Assembly (NCBI GenBank): GCA_965215195.1
Contig: CBDCDC010000002.1
Coordinates: 2,368,001 to 2,432,000 of the forward strand
Length of the DNA: 64,000 nucleotides
Source: Candidatus Latescibacterota bacterium
Lineage (GTDB): Bacteria > Latescibacterota > UBA2968 > UBA8231
Direction of reading: 5' to 3'
In this document: positions 17,734 to 27,259 of the stretch, one piece after another
Numbering within the stretch: the stretch's first letter is position 1
Layout of the letters: each line of letters opens with the position of its first letter
Translations under genes and position numbers: made by a program
Notes under the pieces: model-generated
The model's input: only the letters and a program-made list of their open reading frames with translations
Databases searched by the model: none
Told to the model about the DNA's origin: nothing

Positions 17734-19044
17734 ATGAGACGGCCATGGAAAGTCCCATTCCAAAAGAATAGAAAGCTGCAAAGCTGCTTGGCGGTGTCGC
17801 TGGCCTTGCATCTGCTGGTGATCTTCGGAATTCCGCGCCATGAGCGGGTCACCCACTTTCCCGTCCAACCGCCGATCATGGTGAAGTTTACCAAGAAGCG
17901 CCCGCTGCCGCGCACCCTCGCCCGCCGCCAACGGCCCCAACAGCGCCCGTTGGTGCGCCGCCCCGCCCTGCAAGCCGCCCCGGTCGTAGCGATGCGGCCG
18001 GTTCCCTCGGCGACGCGCCCGCTACCGGTGTTCAAGTCGTCGGCTCTCCGACTGCCAACGGCGGCACTGCCAGCGCGACTGGTGCTGCCCGTGCCGGATT
18101 TCCCCGCTCGGCAGATTGGTCCGTCCCTACAGGCTGGAGCACTGGAAGGGACGCGGCAGGGCGCGGACGAGATTGACTTGTCTTTGGAACTGATGGACGT
18201 ACAGGCGCTGGACACGGGTCGGCACCGGGCAATGGTCGTCGTCGATCCCCAAGATCGGCGCAAGCTCAAGGGCTTCCTCTACATGTCCAATGTTTATAGC
18301 CCGTCCATTGACCGGGCTGAGCCGGAAACGTCGCGCCGACTTTTTCAGACGCGCCAAATGCGAGAAAAACGGATGCTGCAAGGATTGGCCGATAAGATGG
18401 TCGCCAGTACGCAAGTCCACGTCGAAGTGCGCGACGCAGTGGCGCTTGACGACCCGCAGCTATTGCAGGTGCCCTTCGTACTGCTGACCTCGAGCGCACC
18501 CTTTGAGTTTACCGAGGCGGAGACAGCCAACTTAGGGGCCTATCTAACTTCGGGTGGCTTCCTGTTTGCCGAGATTGTGCGCGATTTGCGACCCAATTAC
18601 AGCGACGCCGAATTAGACATCTTGGCGGTGCGTTCCCTGCTGCGCACCAGCTTTCAAGCGGTGGGCTATCAAGAGTGGAAGGACTGGCAGTTTACCCGCT
18701 TAGAGATGGCCCATCCGCTCTATCATTGCTTCTACGATGTAGGCAGCCTCCCACGCGGGATGCGCGATATGCGCTATCAATATGTAGGTTCGACGCCACT
18801 AACCCCGGACTATTTGGAGGGCATCGTAGTAGGGGACCAGTTGGCCGGGGTGTATTCGATGAAGGGCTACGCCGATTTCTGGGCGGGTATCGCCGAGCAG
18901 GAGCAGGCGACCTTTGATGTGGCCAATAGTCCGTTTATCGCCAGTGCCGAGGAGCCGTTGGTATATAATTTGGGCGTCAATATCGTGGTGTATGCGTTGA
19001 CGCGGGAGGGATCATTGGCTCAACAATTCGTCGATGCGGACTGA
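17734..19044 (+). CDS. DUF4159-like protein 2
   Basis: Paralog of 13571..14905. Confidence 0.8.
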   Translation: MRRPWKVPFQKNRKLQSCLAVSLALHLLVIFGIPRHERVTHFPVQPPIMVKFTKKRPLPRTLARRQRPQQRPLVRRPALQAAPVVAMRPVPSATRPLPVFKSSALRLPTAALPARLVLPVPDFPARQIGPSLQAGALEGTRQGADEIDLSLELMDVQALDTGRHRAMVVVDPQDRRKLKGFLYMSNVYSPSIDRAEPETSRRLFQTRQMREKRMLQGLADKMVASTQVHVEVRDAVALDDPQLLQVPFVLLTSSAPFEFTEAETANLGAYLTSGGFLFAEIVRDLRPNYSDAELDILAVRSLLRTSFQAVGYQEWKDWQFTRLEMAHPLYHCFYDVGSLPRGMRDMRYQYVGSTPLTPDYLEGIVVGDQLAGVYSMKGYADFWAGIAEQEQATFDVANSPFIASAEEPLVYNLGVNIVVYALTREGSLAQQFVDAD

Positions 19045-19064
19045 CCCCACTCTGGAGGTGCATT

Positions 19065-21203
19065 ATGCGCTACTTGCTCATTACGATTGGATTATTGGCG
19101 GCTCCACTGGGAGCTTTGGCCCTAACGTGGGATTTTGACGAGGGCACCACTTGGGGCTGGACGGCCCAAGAAAGCTACTTAGGCGATGACAACAGGGGGG
19201 CCACCACGGTGTACAGCGAAGTCGAAGGCGGCGTCTGGCGCATTGCGCCGGTGCCGGGCGGACAACGACCCGCCATTCAATTGCGCTCGCCGCTGATTGG
19301 GGAAGACTCCGTTCTGTTTGACTATATCACCCTACGGCTACGCATCATCCACGATCGCCCCACCGGGGGGAACCTCCATCTAAAGTGGTTCAACACCGAG
19401 TACCGAGGCCTCAAGGCGGTAGGAGGAAAAATCTCACTAGACTATCGGAAGAAATTTTATACGGGACGTTATCAAATCTACCCCACCGAATGGGAAAACA
19501 TCACGCTAGATATACGCGCCTTGGAAGCCGCGGCGGAAGCGAACCCAGAAGCGGCGATCACTTGGCAGGACACCCTCTTCGACTTCCAATTAGAACTGAA
19601 TCTAAACGTCAACCCCGAGGGTTCGGCCGATCATCCGGCCTTTATAGAAGTGGACTGGATTCAACTGACGGGAGCCGAAGAGCTGCTGTTAGGGGAATTG
19701 CAACCTCGGGAGGTGGCCGCGGAGGCCGGGTTGCCCGGCGCGTTGTTCGTCGCGCCCACCTTCTTTCCCCTCGGCGAGGGCATCGAGATGAGAGAGGCGC
19801 TACGCCCGCAAAGTGCTTTGGGGGATGTGGACGGCGATGGGGATGCCGATCTGGTGGTGGCTTGGGTGCGCCGCTCTACGGGCCCAGTAGAAACGGGCTG
19901 GCTGGTGGCGTCCAACGACGGGCTGGGGGGCTTTGTCCCCACCCAAGAGGGTTCCCTCCTCGAGATAGAGCGGGGCGCTTACCCCCAACCCGTCCTCGCG
20001 GGAGGCGATTTCGACGGGGATGGACTCCTCGATCTGGCCGTTGCGGGGGGTGTTTCCGTTGAACTATGGCACAATCGGGGCAAGGACGGCTTTGAACCCA
20101 TTCTGCAATTATCCGATGTCACTTTCGTTGGCCTCGCCGATGGCGACGGCGATGGCGACGTGGACCTGTTGGGCTTGGAAGTAGGCGACCTATGGTCCAA
20201 CGTGATTATGTGGTTCAACGATGGCGACGCCGGGTTTGTCCGTAGCGATCGGTTCGTCCTCGATAGCGAGGAGCCCCTGTTTCCCTTGCCACTGGCTGGG
20301 CAACCCTTGGGCGAGGCCGTGCGCCTGTTATGGGTCCGGCCGTGTTACTTGCCCCAAGGGACTTGGCAACTGACTCGGCCGTGGGCGACTAGCAGGGAAC
20401 CGCCGCTGTTTTTTGACGCCGTGGTCAACCCCTGTAAACAACTGCACTTGCTTGTCGATGTGGATGGCAATGGAGAGGTGGAGTTCGTCGGGTCGCCCGA
20501 TCTGGCTCTACAATTCGGCCTCACTACGTACCACGGTTTGGCCCTGTGGCGTCTGGGTGCCTCGGGCGTAGTGGAACGCCCCACCCTGCTCGGCTCGCAG
20601 GTGCTCGTCCCGCATCGGGCCATTGCCCACGATTTGACCGGCGATGGCCTTTTGGACTTGGCCGTGGTCGATGGCAACTTGGCCACCGGGCCGGCACTGG
20701 TGGTGTTGGTTGGTCAGCGCGATGGGGTGCCTGTCGTCGAAGGGCACTACCCCCTGCCGGGCACGGGCGGTCCCGTGCTCGCTGGCGATGTAAACGGCGA
20801 TGGGGCGACCGATCTGCTCGTGCTGGGCAGGAGTATGGAAGGCGGTCTGGGCGGGGTCTTCGTCTTTCTCAACCAGAGCGTCCCGGCCACAGCCGTCGCG
20901 GCCGAGACGGCAGCCACGCCCCCGGCCTTTGCCCTCGGTGCGAACTATCCCAATCCGTTCAATCCGGCCACGACTATCCCTTTGGCCCTGCCCGCCGGAA
21001 CTAGCGACATGGATTTAACGATCTACAACACGTTGGGGCAGCCGGTGCGCCAAGTGTGGAACGGTCCGCTGGCGGCGGGCGAGCACCGACTCACTTGGGA
21101 TGGCCGGGACGGGCAGGGGCAGCCGGTCGCCGCTGGGGTCTATTTATATCGGGTGCAGGTGGGCGACCACACGCGCATTCGCAAGATGGTCAAAATCGAA
21201 TAG
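19065..21203 (+). CDS. FG-GAP/FlgD-Ig paralog F
   Basis: Same architecture as A; upstream CCCCACTCTGGAGGTGCATT identical to that of paralog C. Confidence 0.9.
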   Translation: MRYLLITIGLLAAPLGALALTWDFDEGTTWGWTAQESYLGDDNRGATTVYSEVEGGVWRIAPVPGGQRPAIQLRSPLIGEDSVLFDYITLRLRIIHDRPTGGNLHLKWFNTEYRGLKAVGGKISLDYRKKFYTGRYQIYPTEWENITLDIRALEAAAEANPEAAITWQDTLFDFQLELNLNVNPEGSADHPAFIEVDWIQLTGAEELLLGELQPREVAAEAGLPGALFVAPTFFPLGEGIEMREALRPQSALGDVDGDGDADLVVAWVRRSTGPVETGWLVASNDGLGGFVPTQEGSLLEIERGAYPQPVLAGGDFDGDGLLDLAVAGGVSVELWHNRGKDGFEPILQLSDVTFVGLADGDGDGDVDLLGLEVGDLWSNVIMWFNDGDAGFVRSDRFVLDSEEPLFPLPLAGQPLGEAVRLLWVRPCYLPQGTWQLTRPWATSREPPLFFDAVVNPCKQLHLLVDVDGNGEVEFVGSPDLALQFGLTTYHGLALWRLGASGVVERPTLLGSQVLVPHRAIAHDLTGDGLLDLAVVDGNLATGPALVVLVGQRDGVPVVEGHYPLPGTGGPVLAGDVNGDGATDLLVLGRSMEGGLGGVFVFLNQSVPATAVAAETAATPPAFALGANYPNPFNPATTIPLALPAGTSDMDLTIYNTLGQPVRQVWNGPLAAGEHRLTWDGRDGQGQPVAAGVYLYRVQVGDHTRIRKMVKIE

Positions 21204-21319
21204 ACGACCCGAGTCTATCATCCCTCCGGCCAGAAAGGAGGTGTATTCCGTGCTCGCAGGTTTGATGCCAAGTCAGCAACCACAATGTCTTGTGTTCTAC
21301 CTCTAAAGGGAGACAAACT

Positions 21320-23482
21320 ATGCGCTGCTTGCTCATTGCTATTGGCTTGTTGGCTATTCCACACGGAGTCTTCGCCCTAACGTGGGATTTTGACGAAGAC
21401 ATCACTTGGGGCTGGACCGCTCACGAGAGTGGCTACGGCAATGACATTGGAGTTAGTCCCACCACGGTGTACAGCGAAGTCGAAGAGGGCGTTTGGCGCA
21501 TTGCTCCCGTGCCGGGTGCTCAACGACCTGCCATTAAGTTGCGCTCGCCGCCGATTGGGGAAGACTCCACCCTGTTCGACTGGGTCACCCTACGGCTACG
21601 CCTCATACACCATCGCCCCACCGCGGGACAGTTCCAAATGGCGTGGTTCAATGCCGAGTACAGACGCCTCAGGGAGGAATTAGGACCAACCTCACCAGAT
21701 TATAGGCAGAAGTTTTATATGGTACGTTATCAAATCTATCCGACTGAATGGCAAGACATCACTATAAATATACGCCGGGCCTTGGAAGCAGATCTAGCAG
21801 AAAGAGAAAAGGAGATCGTTTGGCAGGACACCCTCTTTGAATTTCATATAGAGCTAAGTTTAAACGACAACGCGCAGGGCCCGGCTGATCATCCGGCCTT
21901 TTTAGAAGTGGACTGGATTCAACTGACAGGGGCCGAAGAACTGCTGCTGGGGGAGTTGCAGCCCCGGGAGATCGCCGTGGAGGTCGGATTGCCCGGCGCG
22001 TTATTCGCCGAGCCCGACTTTTTCCCCCTCGGCGAAGGCATCGAGAAAATCCTCAGTTTGGTACTCCCGCAAGGTGCTTTGGGGGATGTGGATGGCGATG
22101 AGGATGTGGATCTCGTGGCGGTCTGGGAGCGCCGTACGAACAACGGAGGAGTCCTAGAAGTAGAACAGGGCTGGCTGGTGGCGTCCAACGACGGTCTGGG
22201 AGGCTTTGTCCCCACCCGAGAGGTTTCCTTCTTCAAGATAGCGAAGGGCTCTTACCCACAACTTGTCGTTGCGGGGGGCGATTTCGACGGGGATGGACTC
22301 CTCGATCTGGCCGTTTCGAGGGGTGTTTCCGTTGAACTGTGGCACAATCGGGGCAAGGACGGCTTTGAACCCATTCTGCAATTATCCGATTTCGCTTTCG
22401 TTAGCCTCGCCGATGGCGATGGCGACGGCGACGTGGACCTGTTGGGCTTGGAAGTAGGCGACACATGGTCCAATGTGATTATGTGGTTCAACGATGGCGA
22501 CGCCGGGTTTGTCCGTAGCGATCGGTTCGTCCTCGATAGCGAGGAGCCCCTGTTTCCCTTGCCGCTGGCTGGGCAACCCTTGGGCGAGGCCGTGCGCCTG
22601 TTATGGATCCGGCCGTGCTACCTGCCCCAAGGGACTTGGCAACTGATCCGACCGTGGGCGACCAGCAGGGAACCGCCGCTGTTTTTTGACGCCGTGGTCA
22701 ACCCCTGTACCCAATTGCACTTGCTCGTCGATCTAGATGGCAATGGAGAGGTGGAGTTCGTCGGAACTCCCGATCGGGATCTACAATTTGAACTTCACGG
22801 CGGCATCACCTACCACGGTTTGGCGCTGTGGCGTCTGGGTGCCTCGGGCGTGTTGGCACGCCACACCCTGCTTGGCTCACAGGTGCTCATGCCGCATCGC
22901 GCCATTACCAGCGACCTGACCGGCGATGGCCTTTTGGACTTGGCCGTGGTCGATGGCAACTTGGCCACCGGGCCGGCGCTGGTGGTGCTGGTCGGCCAGC
23001 GCAATGGCGTACCCGTCGTCGAAGGCCGCTACCCCCTGCCGGGCGTGGGCAGCCAAGTGCTCGCCGGGGATGTCAACGGCGATGGGGCGACCGATCTGCT
23101 CGTGCTGGGAAGGAGTATGGAAGGCGGTCTCGGCGGGGCCTTCGTCTTTCTCAACCAAGGCGGTCCGGCCACTGCTATCGCGGTCGAGACGACGGCTACG
23201 CCCGCAACATTTGCGTTGGGTGCCAACTATCCCAACCCGTTCAATCCAGCCACAACGATCCCCGTATCGGTGGCGGGTGCGGGCGACGTGGATGTAACGA
23301 TCTACAACGTCTTGGGGCAGCCGGTGCGCGAGGTGTGGAACGGTCCGTTGGCGGCGGGCGAGCATCGGCTAACTTGGGATGGTCGAGACGCGCAGGGGCA
23401 GCCGGTCGCCGCCGGGGTCTATTTGTATCGGCTGCACCAAGGCGACCAGACGCGCATCCGCAAAATGGTCAAAATCGAATAG
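21320..23482 (+). CDS. FG-GAP/FlgD-Ig paralog G
   Basis: Same architecture as A; start MRCLLIAIG after GGGAG. Confidence 0.9.
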   Translation: MRCLLIAIGLLAIPHGVFALTWDFDEDITWGWTAHESGYGNDIGVSPTTVYSEVEEGVWRIAPVPGAQRPAIKLRSPPIGEDSTLFDWVTLRLRLIHHRPTAGQFQMAWFNAEYRRLREELGPTSPDYRQKFYMVRYQIYPTEWQDITINIRRALEADLAEREKEIVWQDTLFEFHIELSLNDNAQGPADHPAFLEVDWIQLTGAEELLLGELQPREIAVEVGLPGALFAEPDFFPLGEGIEKILSLVLPQGALGDVDGDEDVDLVAVWERRTNNGGVLEVEQGWLVASNDGLGGFVPTREVSFFKIAKGSYPQLVVAGGDFDGDGLLDLAVSRGVSVELWHNRGKDGFEPILQLSDFAFVSLADGDGDGDVDLLGLEVGDTWSNVIMWFNDGDAGFVRSDRFVLDSEEPLFPLPLAGQPLGEAVRLLWIRPCYLPQGTWQLIRPWATSREPPLFFDAVVNPCTQLHLLVDLDGNGEVEFVGTPDRDLQFELHGGITYHGLALWRLGASGVLARHTLLGSQVLMPHRAITSDLTGDGLLDLAVVDGNLATGPALVVLVGQRNGVPVVEGRYPLPGVGSQVLAGDVNGDGATDLLVLGRSMEGGLGGAFVFLNQGGPATAIAVETTATPATFALGANYPNPFNPATTIPVSVAGAGDVDVTIYNVLGQPVREVWNGPLAAGEHRLTWDGRDAQGQPVAAGVYLYRLHQGDQTRIRKMVKIE

Positions 23483-23640
23483 ACGACCCGAGTCTATCAT
23501 CTCTTCGGCCAGAAAGGAGGTGTATTCCGTGCTCGTAGATTTGATGCCAAGTCAGCAACCACAACGGTTTGCTGGTCATTTTTCCTACCACTCAAGGAGG
23601 ATTTAGTTATGAAGTCTTTGCCTCTAAAGGGAGGTTCGTT

Positions 23641-25737
23641 ATGCGCTGCTTGCTCTTTGCTATTGGATTATTGGCCGCTCCACTGGGAGCCTTTGCCCTA
23701 ACATGGAATTTTGACGAGGGCACCACTTGGGGCTGGACCGCCCAAGAGAGTAGCCACAGCAGTGGGACTACAGGGAATGTCACCACGGTGTCCAGCGAAG
23801 TCGAAGACGGTGTCTGGCGCATCGCTCCGGTGCCTACCGCGCAACGACCGGCCCTTCAATTGCGTTCACCCCCGATTGGGGAAGACTCCGCCCTGTTCGA
23901 CTGGGTCACCCTACGGCTGCGCATCATTCACCATCGCCCCACTACGGGGCGGCTCGAAATGGTGTGGTTCAATTCCGAGTACAGACGCCTTGATGCGTAC
24001 CGACACCTAGAATTGTGGCCTCAGTTTCATACGGGACGTTATCAAATCTATCTCACGGAATGGCAAGACATCACCATAGATATACGGGCCTTGGAAGCGG
24101 ACCCAGAAACAGAGGTCACTTGGCAGGATACCCTTTTCGACTTCCAGATAGACTTGGATTTAAACACTGACCCGCAGGGCCCGGCTGATCATCCGGCCTT
24201 TTTAGAAGTGGACTGGATTCAACTGACAGGGGTCGAAGAGTTGCTGCTGGGGGAATTGCCGCCCCGGGAAATCGCTGTGGAGGCGGGATCGCCCGGCGCG
24301 TTGTTCGCCGCACCGGACTTTTTCCCCCTCGGCGAGGGCATCGGGAACAGAAGCGGTCTGCGAGAATCGCCGGGCACTTTGGGCGATGTGGACGGCGATG
24401 GAGATATGGATCTCGTGGCGGTCTGGCAGCGCCTTACAGACCACGGATCATTCCTTGGCTGGACAATAGCGTCACAAGACGGCTTGGGACGCTTGGTCCC
24501 CACCCTAGAGGCCACGCGCCAAGCCACGAGAATTGATCTCCAAGGGAGCGACTTCGACGGGGATGGGCTCTTAGATCTGGTCTTCTCTGGAGACCAGATC
24601 GTCGAACTGTGGCACAACTGGGGCGAGGACGGCTTTGAGACCACGCTGCGGCTGTCCGGCGTCGGGCTCCTTGGCCTAGCTGATGGCGATGGCGATGGCG
24701 ATGTGGACCTCTTGGTTATAGACTTGGATGACGAGACAGCCCACGTGATCTTATGGATCAACGATGGCGACGACGGATTTGTCCGCAGTGATCGGTTCGA
24801 TCTCGACAGCGAAGAGGAGCTGCTTCCTTACCTGCTCCCCGGGCAGCCTCTGGGCGAGGCCGTGCGCCTGTTATGGAACCGACCGTGCTATCAGCCCCAA
24901 GGGCCTTGGCAACTGACCCGGCCGTGGGCGGCCAGCGAGGAGTCGCCGCTGTTTTTCGAGGCGGAGGTCAACCCCTGTAACCTGCACCTGCTCGCCGATG
25001 TGGATGGCGATGGGGCGATGGATGTACTCGGCTCCCCCGAGAGAAGAAAGTTCCCCGGCACCACCTACTACGGTTTGACGCTGTGGCGTCTGGACACTTC
25101 GGGAGTGTTGACCCGCCACCCTCTACTCGGCTCGCAGGTGCTCGCGTCGCATCGGGCCATTGCCCACGACCTGACCGGCGATGGCCTTTTGGACTTGGCC
25201 GTGGTCGATGGCAACTTGGCCACCGGGCCGGCGCTGGTGGTGCTGGTCGGCCAGCGCGCTGGCGTGCCCGTTGTCGAAGGCCGCTACCCCCTGCCGGGCG
25301 TGGGCAGCCAAGTGCTCGCCGGGGATGTCAACGGCGATGGGGCGACCGATCTGGTGGTGCTGGGCAGGAGTGTGGACGGCGGTTCGGGCGGGGCCTTCGT
25401 CTTTCTCAACCAGAGCGTCCCGATGACAGCCGTGGCCCCGGAGGCGACCACCCCCTCAACCGTTGCCCTCGGTGCCAACTATCCCAACCCATTCAATCCG
25501 GCCACGACTATCCCTTTGGCCCTGCCCGCCGGAACTAGCGACATGGATTTAACGATCTACAACACGTTGGGGCAGCCGGTGCGCCAAGTGTGGAACGGTC
25601 CGTTGGCGGCGGGCGAGCATCGGCTAACTTGGGATGGTCGGGACGCGCAAGGGCATCCGGTAGCCGCCGGGGTCTATTTGTATCGGTTGCAGGTGGAAGA
25701 CCAGACGCGCCTGCGCAAAATGGTCAAAATCGAATAG
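23641..25737 (+). CDS. FG-GAP/FlgD-Ig paralog H
   Basis: Same architecture as A; start MRCLLFAIG after GGAGG. Confidence 0.9.
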   Translation: MRCLLFAIGLLAAPLGAFALTWNFDEGTTWGWTAQESSHSSGTTGNVTTVSSEVEDGVWRIAPVPTAQRPALQLRSPPIGEDSALFDWVTLRLRIIHHRPTTGRLEMVWFNSEYRRLDAYRHLELWPQFHTGRYQIYLTEWQDITIDIRALEADPETEVTWQDTLFDFQIDLDLNTDPQGPADHPAFLEVDWIQLTGVEELLLGELPPREIAVEAGSPGALFAAPDFFPLGEGIGNRSGLRESPGTLGDVDGDGDMDLVAVWQRLTDHGSFLGWTIASQDGLGRLVPTLEATRQATRIDLQGSDFDGDGLLDLVFSGDQIVELWHNWGEDGFETTLRLSGVGLLGLADGDGDGDVDLLVIDLDDETAHVILWINDGDDGFVRSDRFDLDSEEELLPYLLPGQPLGEAVRLLWNRPCYQPQGPWQLTRPWAASEESPLFFEAEVNPCNLHLLADVDGDGAMDVLGSPERRKFPGTTYYGLTLWRLDTSGVLTRHPLLGSQVLASHRAIAHDLTGDGLLDLAVVDGNLATGPALVVLVGQRAGVPVVEGRYPLPGVGSQVLAGDVNGDGATDLVVLGRSVDGGSGGAFVFLNQSVPMTAVAPEATTPSTVALGANYPNPFNPATTIPLALPAGTSDMDLTIYNTLGQPVRQVWNGPLAAGEHRLTWDGRDAQGHPVAAGVYLYRLQVEDQTRLRKMVKIE

Positions 25738-25830
25738 ACGCACGAACTTGTAACGGACATGCTTGAGATATTGCGCCGACACATAGCGGCTGGCAGCGTT
25801 TCATGGAACGATTGAATGGGGGGGCGTGGG
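25738..25830 (+). pseudogene. Second, shorter relict of the enzyme block
   Basis: CGGACATGCT..TTGCGCC.ACACATAGCG matches 8055-8090, joined to ACGATTGAAT.GGGGGC (end of paralog D). Confidence 0.65.
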
Positions 25831-25872
25831 GATGTGGATTAGGCCCTGCCGAAAAGAGAAAGGCATAAGACA

Positions 25873-27177
25873 ATGATACGGCCATGGAAAGTCCCATTCC
25901 GAAAAAATAGAAAGCTGCAAAGCTGCTTGGCGGTGTCGCTGGCCTTGCATCTGCTGGTGATCTTCGGACTCCCGCGCCACGAGCGGGTCACCCACTTTCC
26001 CTTGCAACCGCCGATCATGGTGAAGTTTACCAAGAAGCGCCCGCTGCCGCGCACCCTCGCCCGCCGCCAACGACCCCAACAGCGCCCGTTGGTGCGCCGC
26101 CCCGCCCTGCAAGCGGCCCCGGTCGTAGCGATGCGGCCGGCTCCCTCGGCGTCGCGCCCGCTACCGGTGTTCAAGTCGTCGGCTCTCCGACTGCCAACGG
26201 CGGCACTGCCGGCGCGGCTGGTGATGCCCGTGCCGGATTTCCCCGCTCGGCAGATTGGTCCATCCCTACAGGCGGGGGCATTGGAAGGGACGCGGCAGGG
26301 CGCGGACGAGATTGACTTGGCGTTGGAACTGATGGACGTGCAGGCACTGGACACGGGTCAGCATCGGGCAATGGTCGTCGTCGATCCCCAAGACCGGCGC
26401 AAGCTCAAGGGCTTCCTCTATATGTCCAATGTTTATAGCCCGTCCATTGACCGAGCTGAACGGGAAACATCGCGCCGACTGTACGAGGCGCGCCAACAGG
26501 CTGAGCGGCGGATGCTGCAAGGGTTGGCCGATAAGATGGTCGCCAGTACGCAAGTCCAAGTTGAGGTGCGCGACGCAGTGGCGCTCGACAGCCCGCAGCT
26601 TTTGCAAGTGCCCTTCGTGTTGCTGACGGCGAGTGGGCCTTTTGAGTTTACCGAGGCGGAGGCGGCCAACTTAGGGGCCTATTTGACTTCGGGTGGCTTC
26701 CTGTTTGCCGAGATTGTGCGCGAGTTGCGACCCAATTACAGCGACGCCGAATTAGACATCTTGGCGGTGCGTTCCCTGCTGCGCACCAGCTTCCAAGCGG
26801 TAGGTTATCAAGAGTGGAAGGATTGGCAGTTTAGCCGGCTGGAACTAACCCATCCGCTCTATCATTGTTTCTACGATGTAAACAGCCTCCCCCGCGGGAT
26901 GCGCGATATGCACTATACAGGATCTGCGCCGCTAACCCCGGACTATTTGGAGGGCATCGTAGTAGGGGACCAGCTAGTGGGGGTGTATTCGATGCGCGGC
27001 TACGCGGATTTCTGGGCGGGAAGTGCCCAGTTGGAGTGGGAGGCACTTGATGTGGTCAATAGTCCGTTTATCGCCAGTGCCGAGGAGCCGTTGGTGTATA
27101 ATTTGGGCGTCAATATCGTGGTGTACGCGTTGACGCGGGAAGGATCATTGGCTCAACAATTCGTCGAGGCGGACTGA
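25873..27177 (+). CDS. DUF4159-like protein 3
   Basis: Close paralog of 17734..19044. Confidence 0.8.
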   Translation: MIRPWKVPFRKNRKLQSCLAVSLALHLLVIFGLPRHERVTHFPLQPPIMVKFTKKRPLPRTLARRQRPQQRPLVRRPALQAAPVVAMRPAPSASRPLPVFKSSALRLPTAALPARLVMPVPDFPARQIGPSLQAGALEGTRQGADEIDLALELMDVQALDTGQHRAMVVVDPQDRRKLKGFLYMSNVYSPSIDRAERETSRRLYEARQQAERRMLQGLADKMVASTQVQVEVRDAVALDSPQLLQVPFVLLTASGPFEFTEAEAANLGAYLTSGGFLFAEIVRELRPNYSDAELDILAVRSLLRTSFQAVGYQEWKDWQFSRLELTHPLYHCFYDVNSLPRGMRDMHYTGSAPLTPDYLEGIVVGDQLVGVYSMRGYADFWAGSAQLEWEALDVVNSPFIASAEEPLVYNLGVNIVVYALTREGSLAQQFVEAD

Positions 27178-27259
27178 GGGCTGTTGTGCCGTAATACTAT
27201 AACCACGTTTGCCAAGCGGGAAGAGCCATCGCAACCCCCTTTCTAAAGGTGTTTGCCTT

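Noticed and set aside
665-25737. DGR-driven diversification of the FG-GAP or peptide genes
   Set aside because: No reverse transcriptase in the window, and the differences include indels and all base types rather than adenine-specific changes
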